Of a stretch of DNA of 64,000 nt, positions 55,936 to 64,000 are shown piece after piece (the stretch's first letter is position 1; the number at the start of each line of letters is the position of its first letter). The DNA is taken from the NCBI GenBank assembly GCA_003598085.1, contig QZKU01000045.1, positions 15,852-79,851 of the forward strand, given 5' to 3'. Under the pieces are notes generated by a model that was not told the DNA's origin, searched no databases, and worked only from the letters and a program-made list of their open reading frames with translations. Origin of the DNA: Candidatus Abyssobacteria bacterium SURF_5. Its GTDB lineage: Bacteria > Abyssobacteria > SURF-5. The position numbers were made by a program, and so were the translations under genes.

Positions 55936-57648
55936 TCATACGGGCAGGACTATCTCGACCGCGGTTCCCTCATTCACCTTGCTTCTTATCAACATGCTGC
56001 CTTCATGAGCTTCGATGATCTTCTTGCAGATCGGCAGGCCCAGACCCGTACCTCTGATCTTTGTAGTGAAGAAAGCCTCCTGCACCTTCGGTAAATTGTC
56101 TTCCGCAATTCCGCAGCCGGTATCAATGATCGAGAACCTCACAACATCGCGCCCGTTCTCCCGTCCGAAACGGGAACGTATGCAAAGACTCCCTCCATCC
56201 GGCATTGCGTCAATCGAATTCGATATCAGATTCGTCAGAGCCGCGGTCACTTTGATGCCGTCTACTGAAATCTCGCGCCCTTGATCATCCAGTTCAAGGA
56301 CCACGTCTATCTTCTGCAACTTGCGGGAAAGCGCTCCCAGCGCCTCTTCGACCAGCGCCCCCACCGGCCGCGATGAGCGCCTCAATTCCATCGGCCTCGC
56401 ATATTCCAGAAGCTCAGTGATGATACTGCTGAGCAGATCAACTCCCTGATCCATGTCGGCCAGGACCTCTTTGCGTTCATCCTCTGCCATTTCCAGATGC
56501 AGTACGTCCATCCCCGTCCTGATGCTTTGAAGCGGATTGCGTACTTCGTGAGCCACCACCGAAACCATCTGCCCAATTGCAGCCAGACTTTGAGCCTGCC
56601 GCAGTTCGGCAACTTTTTGCTCAACCGCCATTTGCAGCCGCTCACACAAAAAGCGGTACCGCGTCTCCGATTCACGCAGCGCCTGCTCGATCCTCTTTCG
56701 ATCCAGCGCATTGGCGAAAATCTCGCCGACGATCTTCAGCAGGGCGATATCGTCCTCGTCCCAAGTCTTTTCCTGCCGCACCGAATCAAAGCCGATGAAC
56801 CCGATCAAGACACCTCGTAATAGCAGCGGCACGCATGCCAGCGACTGAATTTCTTCCAACTCCCACTCCGCCCTCTCAATCGCGGCCTCCGGCGGAAGCT
56901 CCCTTACCTGCGCCGTAAAAACTCTGCCGTCTTTTATCTGCGAAAAGAACCACGAGAAATCCTCTACCGGCAATCCCTTGAGCCGCTGAGCCTGCGGCTC
57001 GATACCCTCGGCGCACCACTCATGGGTGTTCTCCATTTTCCCGCCATCATTGTAAAACTGGAAAATGTAACTTCGATCGACCGACGCAAATTCCCCAATC
57101 TGACGCAGCGCGTCAACCGCTGTCCCGTCTATCTCGTCGACCGGCATATTAATGAACCGCATCGATATCGATGTGATCAGACGGGTGAACTCGATTCTGC
57201 GCCTCACAGCCTCTTCCACTTTTTTGCGCCCGTCGATTTTGCGCACGAGAGCCAGCATGCGCTGTTTGCCCTCGATCATGGCGTGCTTGAGGCTGACTTC
57301 AACCCAAAACAGCCGCCCGCTCCTGTCTTTTGAACGCCATTCGAATACTTGCGGCTGCCCCCTGGCCGCTCTTTGTATCAGGCAACGAGCCTCTTCCAGC
57401 GTGTACGGCTTCTCTCCCGAACCCAGATCCTCAACGGTCAGCCGGCGGATCTCATCCTTCGCATACCCGAACATCTCGCACGCCTTCTCGTTGGCATCAA
57501 GTATTTCACCAGTATCAATATCATGCACGAAAATTGCGTCATTTGCGGCATTGAAAATCGCTTGATAGCTCGAATCCGAGCGGTCATCCTTTTTCATCTG
57601 TACCACCCAACCTGTCCAACTGCTCGCACCGGCCTTGCGCCGGAGCAT
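55936..57648 (-). CDS. Sensor histidine kinase with PAS and GAF domains
   Basis: H-box VVAHEVRNPLQSI. G boxes DTGCGI and GTGLGLPICKKI. Confidence 0.8.
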   Translation of the reverse strand: MLRRKAGASSWTGWVVQMKKDDRSDSSYQAIFNAANDAIFVHDIDTGEILDANEKACEMFGYAKDEIRRLTVEDLGSGEKPYTLEEARCLIQRAARGQPQVFEWRSKDRSGRLFWVEVSLKHAMIEGKQRMLALVRKIDGRKKVEEAVRRRIEFTRLITSISMRFINMPVDEIDGTAVDALRQIGEFASVDRSYIFQFYNDGGKMENTHEWCAEGIEPQAQRLKGLPVEDFSWFFSQIKDGRVFTAQVRELPPEAAIERAEWELEEIQSLACVPLLLRGVLIGFIGFDSVRQEKTWDEDDIALLKIVGEIFANALDRKRIEQALRESETRYRFLCERLQMAVEQKVAELRQAQSLAAIGQMVSVVAHEVRNPLQSIRTGMDVLHLEMAEDERKEVLADMDQGVDLLSSIITELLEYARPMELRRSSRPVGALVEEALGALSRKLQKIDVVLELDDQGREISVDGIKVTAALTNLISNSIDAMPDGGSLCIRSRFGRENGRDVVRFSIIDTGCGIAEDNLPKVQEAFFTTKIRGTGLGLPICKKIIEAHEGSMLIRSKVNEGTAVEIVLPV

Positions 57649-58250
57649 CAGCGTTTAGTCGGTAAATTTCCCCAACTCAAACATAACAGCTACTGAAGGA
57701 AAACGATATCATTGCTCTATCGGGTCCGATCCCTTTTCATCGCGCATTTGATGAAGATCAATGTGCTCAAGCACCCCCTTGATCGTTTGACATATTTCCG
57801 CCTGCGGTTTATACTGATGCTGGAACAACCCACTGGACGGAGGTGAAGTTCGGTGACCGGGAAGATAGACCACAATAATCCGCAAAGGATTTTTAAAGAG
57901 CAAGACGATCTTATCGTCTCGCGCGAGAGCAAACCCATCGGTCCGGATAAGTTGATCTCGATCAGACGGTCCGAGTTGACCAGCATTGCTCCCGACGATA
58001 TCAATTGGGACCACATTTATGCCGGTCCGAGCCGCGCTCCCCACAACATAAAACGCGAAACGGACGATTCGAAATAGAAAACCCTGATCTGGCGACCGAA
58101 AAATCCCGGATTAACTTGTCTCGCAGTAAAGCGGGCCCCCTATATTTTCCGCGTCGCGAATCGGCGACGCCTGGAAAGCCCGGCCCATTATCGGAGTGAC
58201 GGTAATGGGCCGTTCCTTTTATCCGTGCGAGAAAGGCCGCACACACGCAC

Positions 58251-59477
58251 ATGAACAGACACGAACGATGGCTCGTTTTCCTCATCGGAAGCTGCCACAC
58301 AATGGTCCACTTCTACGAACAGATATTCCCGGCGCTCCTGCTGACGATGGTGCTATACTTCCAGATAGATATCGCCACCGCCGGCTGGATGCAGACGCTG
58401 CTCGCCATGGCCTTCGGACTGGGCGCCCTGCCCGCAGGATACATCGCGGATCGAATCGGTTCAAAACGCATCATCATGGTGTACCTCATCGGGGCCGGCC
58501 TCTCGTGCATCCTCATTGCACTGGCGCAGTCAGTCATCGCGCTGGCTGCCGGACTCGCGGCCATGGGCGCCTTCATCAGCCTCTACCATCCGGCCGGAAC
58601 CACGCTCATCACCACGCAGGTAAAAGAAGTCGGCCGCTCCCTCGGCTACCACGGGATGGGCGGCGGCTTCGGGCTCGCCACCGCGCCCGCGCTTGCCACT
58701 CTTCTGGCCTCGCTGCACGCGGGGCAGGGCTGGCGAATCTCCTTTGTCGTCTTCGGTGTCCTCGGACTGCTCGTTGCGGCCGGCGTGCAAACCCTGAAGG
58801 TGACGGAGATCGAGCGCCCTCAAAACTCCACGCGCCGTTTTTTCCCTGAAAAAATCGCGAAAAATTCCATCAAGCCCCTCGTTCTGTTCCTGTTCGTGGC
58901 CGTGATGGTAGGCTTTTGCTATCGCGGCGTCACCACATACCTGCCCGCTTATTACTCGCAGCGCCTCGACAGCGGCATCTTCGCGGGCGCCAATGTACTC
59001 AAAGGCGGCGCCTTCGCAACCATTACCCTCCTCGTGGGGGTTGCTGGACAATACTTCGGAGGCCACCTTTCCGGTAAATTCAGGCTCGAGTATCTCTTCG
59101 CATTCCTGATGCTGATAACTGTCCCCTTCCTGCTCCTGATGAGCGCGCTCTCAAATCTCTCTCTCGTGCTCATCACCATGCTGTTCGCCTTCTTTCACTT
59201 CAGCAGCCAACCCGTCGGAAACACCTTGATCGCTCAATATACCGACCCGCGCGGTCGTGGCATCGGGTATGGACTCTATTTCTCAACTTCGTTCGGTATC
59301 GGCTCACTCGCCTCCGGTTTCTCCGGCATGATCGCCAAACACTTCGGGCTGAACCACGTTTTCACCGTTCTCGCCGCCGTCATCCTTATCGGCTTCTTCA
59401 TTATGATGTATCTCGCCAGAACCAAAGCCATGGCTGCGCCCGTTTCCCTTGACGTCGAAACCGAACGAATGCTATAA
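58251..59477 (+). CDS. MFS transporter
   Basis: 12 transmembrane helices. MFS loop motif between TM2 and TM3 (GYIADRIGSKR). Confidence 0.7.
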   Translation: MNRHERWLVFLIGSCHTMVHFYEQIFPALLLTMVLYFQIDIATAGWMQTLLAMAFGLGALPAGYIADRIGSKRIIMVYLIGAGLSCILIALAQSVIALAAGLAAMGAFISLYHPAGTTLITTQVKEVGRSLGYHGMGGGFGLATAPALATLLASLHAGQGWRISFVVFGVLGLLVAAGVQTLKVTEIERPQNSTRRFFPEKIAKNSIKPLVLFLFVAVMVGFCYRGVTTYLPAYYSQRLDSGIFAGANVLKGGAFATITLLVGVAGQYFGGHLSGKFRLEYLFAFLMLITVPFLLLMSALSNLSLVLITMLFAFFHFSSQPVGNTLIAQYTDPRGRGIGYGLYFSTSFGIGSLASGFSGMIAKHFGLNHVFTVLAAVILIGFFIMMYLARTKAMAAPVSLDVETERML

Positions 59478-59531
59478 TTTGACGTCGATCTAATCGTCGC
59501 GCCGCTCCAAAAACACAAGGAACCTCAACAC

Positions 59532-59864
59532 GTGGAAAACGAAGCAGAATCTCAACTTAAAGAGGCTGCACGACTTTTCGGCATCTTTTCCGAGCCGGCC
59601 AGACTCAAAATACTCCGCCTGCTGCGCGACGGCGCTCGCTGTGGAAGAGATCTGGCAAAAGATTTGAAACTGACTCCCGCCACCACATGCCATCATCTTG
59701 AACGGCTCAAGCTCGCAAACCTTCTGTCCGAAAAGCGTTCCGGCAAACATATCTATTACAGCATCGTCGACAGCGAGCTGGCGCAAGCCCTTGAGCGGTC
59801 AATTGAGGCTCTGCACGGACACGCCGGGCCGGATGAAAAAGCCGGTGTCCAAGGAGATAGTTGA
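59532..59864 (+). CDS. ArsR/SmtB-family transcriptional regulator
   Basis: Winged helix-turn-helix LFGIFSEPARLKILRLLRDGARCGRDLAKDLKLTPATTCHHL. Confidence 0.75.
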   Translation: MENEAESQLKEAARLFGIFSEPARLKILRLLRDGARCGRDLAKDLKLTPATTCHHLERLKLANLLSEKRSGKHIYYSIVDSELAQALERSIEALHGHAGPDEKAGVQGDS

Positions 59865-59873
59865 ACTTCAGGT

Positions 59874-60665
59874 ATGATGAACATCGAAGAGTCACATTTC
59901 TACTGTGAAACATTGGAGCACGAGCAGCTTCATGGAGCCGCCGATATCGCTTTTTTCTCCGACGTGGCGCTGACTTCAGGCGGGCCGATCCTTGAGCTTG
60001 GATGCGGAATCGGCCGGATATCGATCCCATTGGCGATGAGCGGTGTCGATGTGGTCGGACTGGACATATCGCTTGGGCTGCTGGAATCTTTTCGCAGAAA
60101 AATCGATAGTTGTCCCTCCGATATCCGGCAGAGAATCAGATTGCTTCGCGCCGACATGAGGAGGTTCGCGCTCAGAGAACGCTTTCGCTGCATCATATGT
60201 TCTTCAAACACCCTGCTCCTGAGTGGCTCAGACGATGATCTCGCAGAAACAATCGCATGCGCGGCAACTCACCTGCTCGATAACGGAATAGCAGTGTTCG
60301 ATGTCGATTCGATCGATGATGATATGGAAGCGGCTCTGCAAGAATATTCCATCGCCGCTGTGCCGGATGCTGTTTTCACTGCGCCCGACGGACGCATTCT
60401 GCAGCGAACGCACAGGTTGAAACTCGTTCCCTCTCAATGCGGCGCGGTTCGGGTGGCGGTGTCCTACGAATACTTCACCGCTGACGGGCGAAAATATGCG
60501 GAGCGATCTGAAAAACTCGCGTTCATTCGCCCGGACAAACTGCTCTCGCTCGTGAAGAACAGTGGACTGAATATCATCGAAACGTACGGCTGGTACGACC
60601 GCCGGCCTTTCAATCGAAATGAGCGCAAACTATTGATCGTGGCCGGAAAACGGGAGCATCAATGA
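59874..60665 (+). CDS. Class I SAM-dependent methyltransferase
   Basis: Motif I LELGCGIGRISIPLA. Acidic motif II VVGLD. Confidence 0.7.
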   Translation: MMNIEESHFYCETLEHEQLHGAADIAFFSDVALTSGGPILELGCGIGRISIPLAMSGVDVVGLDISLGLLESFRRKIDSCPSDIRQRIRLLRADMRRFALRERFRCIICSSNTLLLSGSDDDLAETIACAATHLLDNGIAVFDVDSIDDDMEAALQEYSIAAVPDAVFTAPDGRILQRTHRLKLVPSQCGAVRVAVSYEYFTADGRKYAERSEKLAFIRPDKLLSLVKNSGLNIIETYGWYDRRPFNRNERKLLIVAGKREHQ

Positions 60666-61357
60666 GCGGACTGTATAAAGTTCTGTATTTCGATGTGGAT
60701 AATACCCTGGTCGATTATGATGCCGATGCATGCCATGCATTCGGCAAGGCATCCGACCACGCAATCACAAAGCATCCGCATCTCGCCGACAAATTGACTG
60801 CCGAAGTCTTCAAGCGCGCCCGCGAGAGCACCTACATCCAGTACGGCGACATCGGCCTCCCATTGCGGGATTGGTACCGTGAGTGCATGCGCTTTGCGCT
60901 CGAGGCCCTCGAGGTATACGATTTCGAGCTCGCGGATCAGATGGGACAGCTGTACGGCCTGTTCAGGAACACCATGCTGAGGGTGTACGAAGATGTGCTC
61001 GACGTGATCCCGCGCCTCGCATCGCGCTATAAGCTCGGCCTCATCTCGAACGGCTCAACCCGAATCGATAAACTGCAGATCGCGCAGTATTTCGCCTACT
61101 CCGTTTATGCCCGCGAGATCGGCTATGAGAAGCCCGCCCCCGAAATCTTTCTTGCGGCCGCCAAAAGAAGCGGTTGCAGCAACGGCGAAATCCTCGTGAT
61201 CGGCGACGGGCAGTACACCGATATCCTCGGCGCCAGAAACGCAAAGTTCAAAATGGTGTGGATTAACCGCCTCCGAGCGGAACTGATGCGCGGAATCCCG
61301 CGGCCCGATTACGAGATACATGATATGCGGGAACTCCTTACTATAGCTCCTATTTGA
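60662..61357 (+). CDS. HAD-superfamily hydrolase
   Basis: Motif I VLYFDVDNTLVDY. Motif II LISNG. Motif IV GDGQYTD. Confidence 0.7.
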   Translation: MSGLYKVLYFDVDNTLVDYDADACHAFGKASDHAITKHPHLADKLTAEVFKRARESTYIQYGDIGLPLRDWYRECMRFALEALEVYDFELADQMGQLYGLFRNTMLRVYEDVLDVIPRLASRYKLGLISNGSTRIDKLQIAQYFAYSVYAREIGYEKPAPEIFLAAAKRSGCSNGEILVIGDGQYTDILGARNAKFKMVWINRLRAELMRGIPRPDYEIHDMRELLTIAPI

Positions 61358-62211
61358 TGCCATCGGAGGAATCGCAAATGAAATTCACCAAGATGCACGG
61401 TCTCGGCAATGACTTCATTGTGGTCAATGGCTTTTCCGAAAAAGTCGAAAACGACCGCCTTACTGTCGAAATGTGCGACCGGCGCACCGGCGTCGGAGCA
61501 GATGGATTGATCGTCGTCATGCCCTCAGATAAGGCCGATTTCCGCATGCATTACGTCAATTCCGACGGCAGCCTCGCCGAAATGTGCGGTAACGGTATCC
61601 GCTGCCTTTCAAAATACGCCTATGAGCATGGGCTCACACGCAAAACCGAATTCGTCGTCGAAACGCTCGGGGGGCTGAACCGGCAGATATTATCGGTCGA
61701 GGACGGCAAAGTGGTCGCCGTCACCGTCGATATGGGCGCTCCTAAATTCAAACGCAGCGAGATCCCCATGATTGGCGATGAAACTGAAGTCATTAATGAG
61801 CCGATCAGCGTGAATGGAAAAAACTTTAAAATCACCGCCCTGTCCACCACAAATCCGCATGCCGTCTTGTTTGTCAAGAACGTCGAGAAGGCGCCGGTCG
61901 CAAGGACGGGTCCGCTCATCGAGCGCAGCCCCCTGTTCCCAAACCGGACAAATGTCGAATTCGTCCAGATCATCGACAGGAAAAATATCCGTATGAGAAT
62001 CTGGGAACGCGGCTGCGGAGAAACGCTCGCTTCCGGAAGCGGCTCTTCGGCTTCGGCCGTCGCTTCGATCCGCAATGGATTTACGGACCGCGATGTGACG
62101 GTGCACGTGCGCCTCGGCCGGCTCCACATCAGGTGGCCCGAAGGCGGCAATATCACGATGACCGGTCCGGCGACTGAAGTCTTCTCGGGTGAGTGGCCCG
62201 AAGACCGGTAA
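61354..62211 (+). CDS. dapF: Diaminopimelate epimerase
   Basis: Motifs MHGLGNDFIVV and the catalytic Cys context MCGNGIRC. Confidence 0.85.
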   Translation: MMPSEESQMKFTKMHGLGNDFIVVNGFSEKVENDRLTVEMCDRRTGVGADGLIVVMPSDKADFRMHYVNSDGSLAEMCGNGIRCLSKYAYEHGLTRKTEFVVETLGGLNRQILSVEDGKVVAVTVDMGAPKFKRSEIPMIGDETEVINEPISVNGKNFKITALSTTNPHAVLFVKNVEKAPVARTGPLIERSPLFPNRTNVEFVQIIDRKNIRMRIWERGCGETLASGSGSSASAVASIRNGFTDRDVTVHVRLGRLHIRWPEGGNITMTGPATEVFSGEWPEDR

Positions 62212-63348
62212 ATGTGGCCTAGTCAAAACGAAAGGAACAGTCGGGTGGGTGACAGAAAAATCAATGTGGCTGTCGTAATGGGCGGGCGAACCGCGGAACA
62301 CGATGTCTCAATCCAGTCCGGTACGATGGTCATCCGGAATCTGAATCTCTCTCGCTACAACGTGAAACCGATCACCATTACCCGGGACGGCGCCTGGCTC
62401 ATCCCGCAGGGATACCTCTCCGACGGCATGCCGGTGGCCGAACTCTTGCCAGAATACCTGAAGCACGATTCGACCGGAAACGAACTCGTCCCGCTGGAAA
62501 CCGGCTCCGCACTCAGCAGAACCGCATCTGAAAAGGTTGACGTCGTTTTCCTGGCGATGCACGGTCCCTACGGCGAGGACGGCACGATCCAGGGTCTGCT
62601 CGAAGTGCTCGATTTGCCGTATACCGGCTCGAACGTGGAGGCAAGCGCCATCTCCATGAACAAAATCCGCTGCAAGGAAATCTACATCCATCACCGGATT
62701 CCCACGCCGCGCTACCTCGTGTTCGATGAGCAAGACTGGCCAAAGAAAAGAATGAGACTCCTCGAGAAGGTCGAGCGACGCCTCGGATTCCCGTGCGTCA
62801 CCAAGCCGCCGCGCCTCGGCTCGAGCGTCGGCATAAAAATCGCCTCCGACAGGAACAGCTTTATCGAAGCAGTCGATCTCGTCCTCAAATACGATAACGA
62901 GGTGCTGATCGAACAATTTATCGCCGGTCGCGAGATTACAAGCCCCATTCTGGGGAACAGGCCGGGCAAGAAACCCACGGCCCTCCCGCTGGTCGAGATC
63001 GTACCGAAAAGCTCGACGTATTTTGATTACGAAGCCAAATATGCTCCGGGCGGATCCGATGAGATCACTCCCGCGCGTATAGACGAAAAACTCACGAAAA
63101 AAGCCCAACAGCTCGGGATCAAGGCGCACCGCGCGCTCGGATGCGGAGGACTGTCGCGGACCGACATGATCCTGAACGGTCAATCGCTGTACGTTCTCGA
63201 AACCAATACGATCCCCGGGCTCACTGAAGCTTCACTCTTCCCCAAGGCGGCGCGGGCGGCCGGCATGTCTCTCTCGCAACTGTGCGATCATCTCATCGAT
63301 ATCGCCCTGATCACCTATAAAACCAAGAAGATTTGTACCGACCGATAG
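62212..63348 (+). CDS. ddl: D-alanine--D-alanine ligase
   Basis: ATP-grasp fold. N-terminus KINVAVVMGGRTAEHDVS. Motifs GEDGTIQGLLE and C-terminal ETNTIPGLTE. The real start may be the downstream GTG. Confidence 0.85.
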   Translation: MWPSQNERNSRVGDRKINVAVVMGGRTAEHDVSIQSGTMVIRNLNLSRYNVKPITITRDGAWLIPQGYLSDGMPVAELLPEYLKHDSTGNELVPLETGSALSRTASEKVDVVFLAMHGPYGEDGTIQGLLEVLDLPYTGSNVEASAISMNKIRCKEIYIHHRIPTPRYLVFDEQDWPKKRMRLLEKVERRLGFPCVTKPPRLGSSVGIKIASDRNSFIEAVDLVLKYDNEVLIEQFIAGREITSPILGNRPGKKPTALPLVEIVPKSSTYFDYEAKYAPGGSDEITPARIDEKLTKKAQQLGIKAHRALGCGGLSRTDMILNGQSLYVLETNTIPGLTEASLFPKAARAAGMSLSQLCDHLIDIALITYKTKKICTDR

Positions 63349-63349
63349 C

Positions 63350-64000
63350 ATGCTAGAAGCAAGAACACCCCTGAAACGAGTCATTTCCGCCAGCAGGCGA
63401 ATCGATATGGTCGCCGGATTCCCGGATCAACTGGCGGCCTTGCTTGAGGAAAAATGCCCGCCCGAAGAGACGCACACCGTCGTTCTCTGGACGAAAAACC
63501 CGTCAAACCTGCTGGAGCATGACGTCCTTCGCCGCACGCTCGGTCGCTACGCTCTCTACCTCCATTTCACCATCACCGGCCTCGGCTCGACCTTGCTCGA
63601 GCCGAATGTTCCCCCCGCTCGTCAAATGCTCGGTCTGCTCGGGCCGCTGGTCGATTTCATCGGAAGCCCGCAACGCATCCGAATCAGGTTTGATCCAATA
63701 GTGCATCTGCAGGCGGACGACGGGCGCACGTACTGCAATCTCGATAAGTTCGAGGAAATCGCTGCCGCTGCAGCCGAGCTCGGTATCCTCACCTTTTCCA
63801 TCAGTTGGATGTGCGCGTATAGGAAAATGGTCTCGCGCCTCCGCCGCAATGGGTTATCTGAAATGCCCCTATCTCGGGAGGAGCGCGACCAGGAATATCG
63901 CCATCTTCTGAACCTTTCCAGCCGGTACAACATCAAACTGAATTGCTGCAGCGTGCCGGGGCTGCCGGTATCTCGCTGCATCGATGGAGAGTTGCTGGCT
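63350..64000 (+). CDS. DUF1848-family protein, 3'-truncated by the window edge
   Basis: N-terminal ISASRRIDMVAGFPDQ resembles the DUF1848 ISASRRTDIPAFY signature. The frame stays open to the end of the window. Confidence 0.45.
   Translation, partial: MLEARTPLKRVISASRRIDMVAGFPDQLAALLEEKCPPEETHTVVLWTKNPSNLLEHDVLRRTLGRYALYLHFTITGLGSTLLEPNVPPARQMLGLLGPLVDFIGSPQRIRIRFDPIVHLQADDGRTYCNLDKFEEIAAAAAELGILTFSISWMCAYRKMVSRLRRNGLSEMPLSREERDQEYRHLLNLSSRYNIKLNCCSVPGLPVSRCIDGELLA

Overview
This 64-kb window is from a GC-rich bacterial chromosome whose gene order resembles Firmicutes: hrcA-grpE-dnaK-dnaJ-rsmE-mtaB followed by hit, nif3, dnaG and rpoD, with a canonical CIRCE operator upstream of hrcA. Most of the window is ordinary housekeeping or envelope content. 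This includes apt, a second sigma-70 family factor, sppA, comEC, an oligopeptide-type ABC transporter, truA, two PAS/GAF histidine kinases, transporters, dapF, ddl, a polysaccharide/envelope cluster, and tRNA-Arg(CCU) and tRNA-Pro(CGG). The outstanding feature is a ~7.8-kb island at positions 1200..9025 with no integrase gene. It is inserted at the 3' end of tRNA-Arg(CCU) and is bounded by a perfect 54-bp direct repeat that reproduces the 3' part of that tRNA, and it is visibly more A+T-rich than its surroundings. The island carries five genes. A 379-aa protein with a C-terminal R-x4-H (HEPN-like) motif. A 370-aa protein whose C-terminus is a CAP12/PycTIR-type TIR-like (PF10137-like) domain attached to an unrecognised N-terminal domain. 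A 231-aa unknown protein. A convergent AAA+ ATPase plus ~840-aa subtilisin (S8) protease pair resembling the IetA/IetS toxin-antitoxin/defence module. The plus-strand trio, a TIR-like effector with no nucleotide cyclase anywhere in the island, is the best candidate for an undescribed anti-phage system. Secondary curiosities are a fused solute-binding-protein/permease ABC component, a DUF454-TspO fusion, an aldo-keto reductase fused to a 2x[4Fe-4S] ferredoxin domain, a His/Pro/Tyr-rich small secreted protein, and a recurrent GATTTTG-type intergenic motif.
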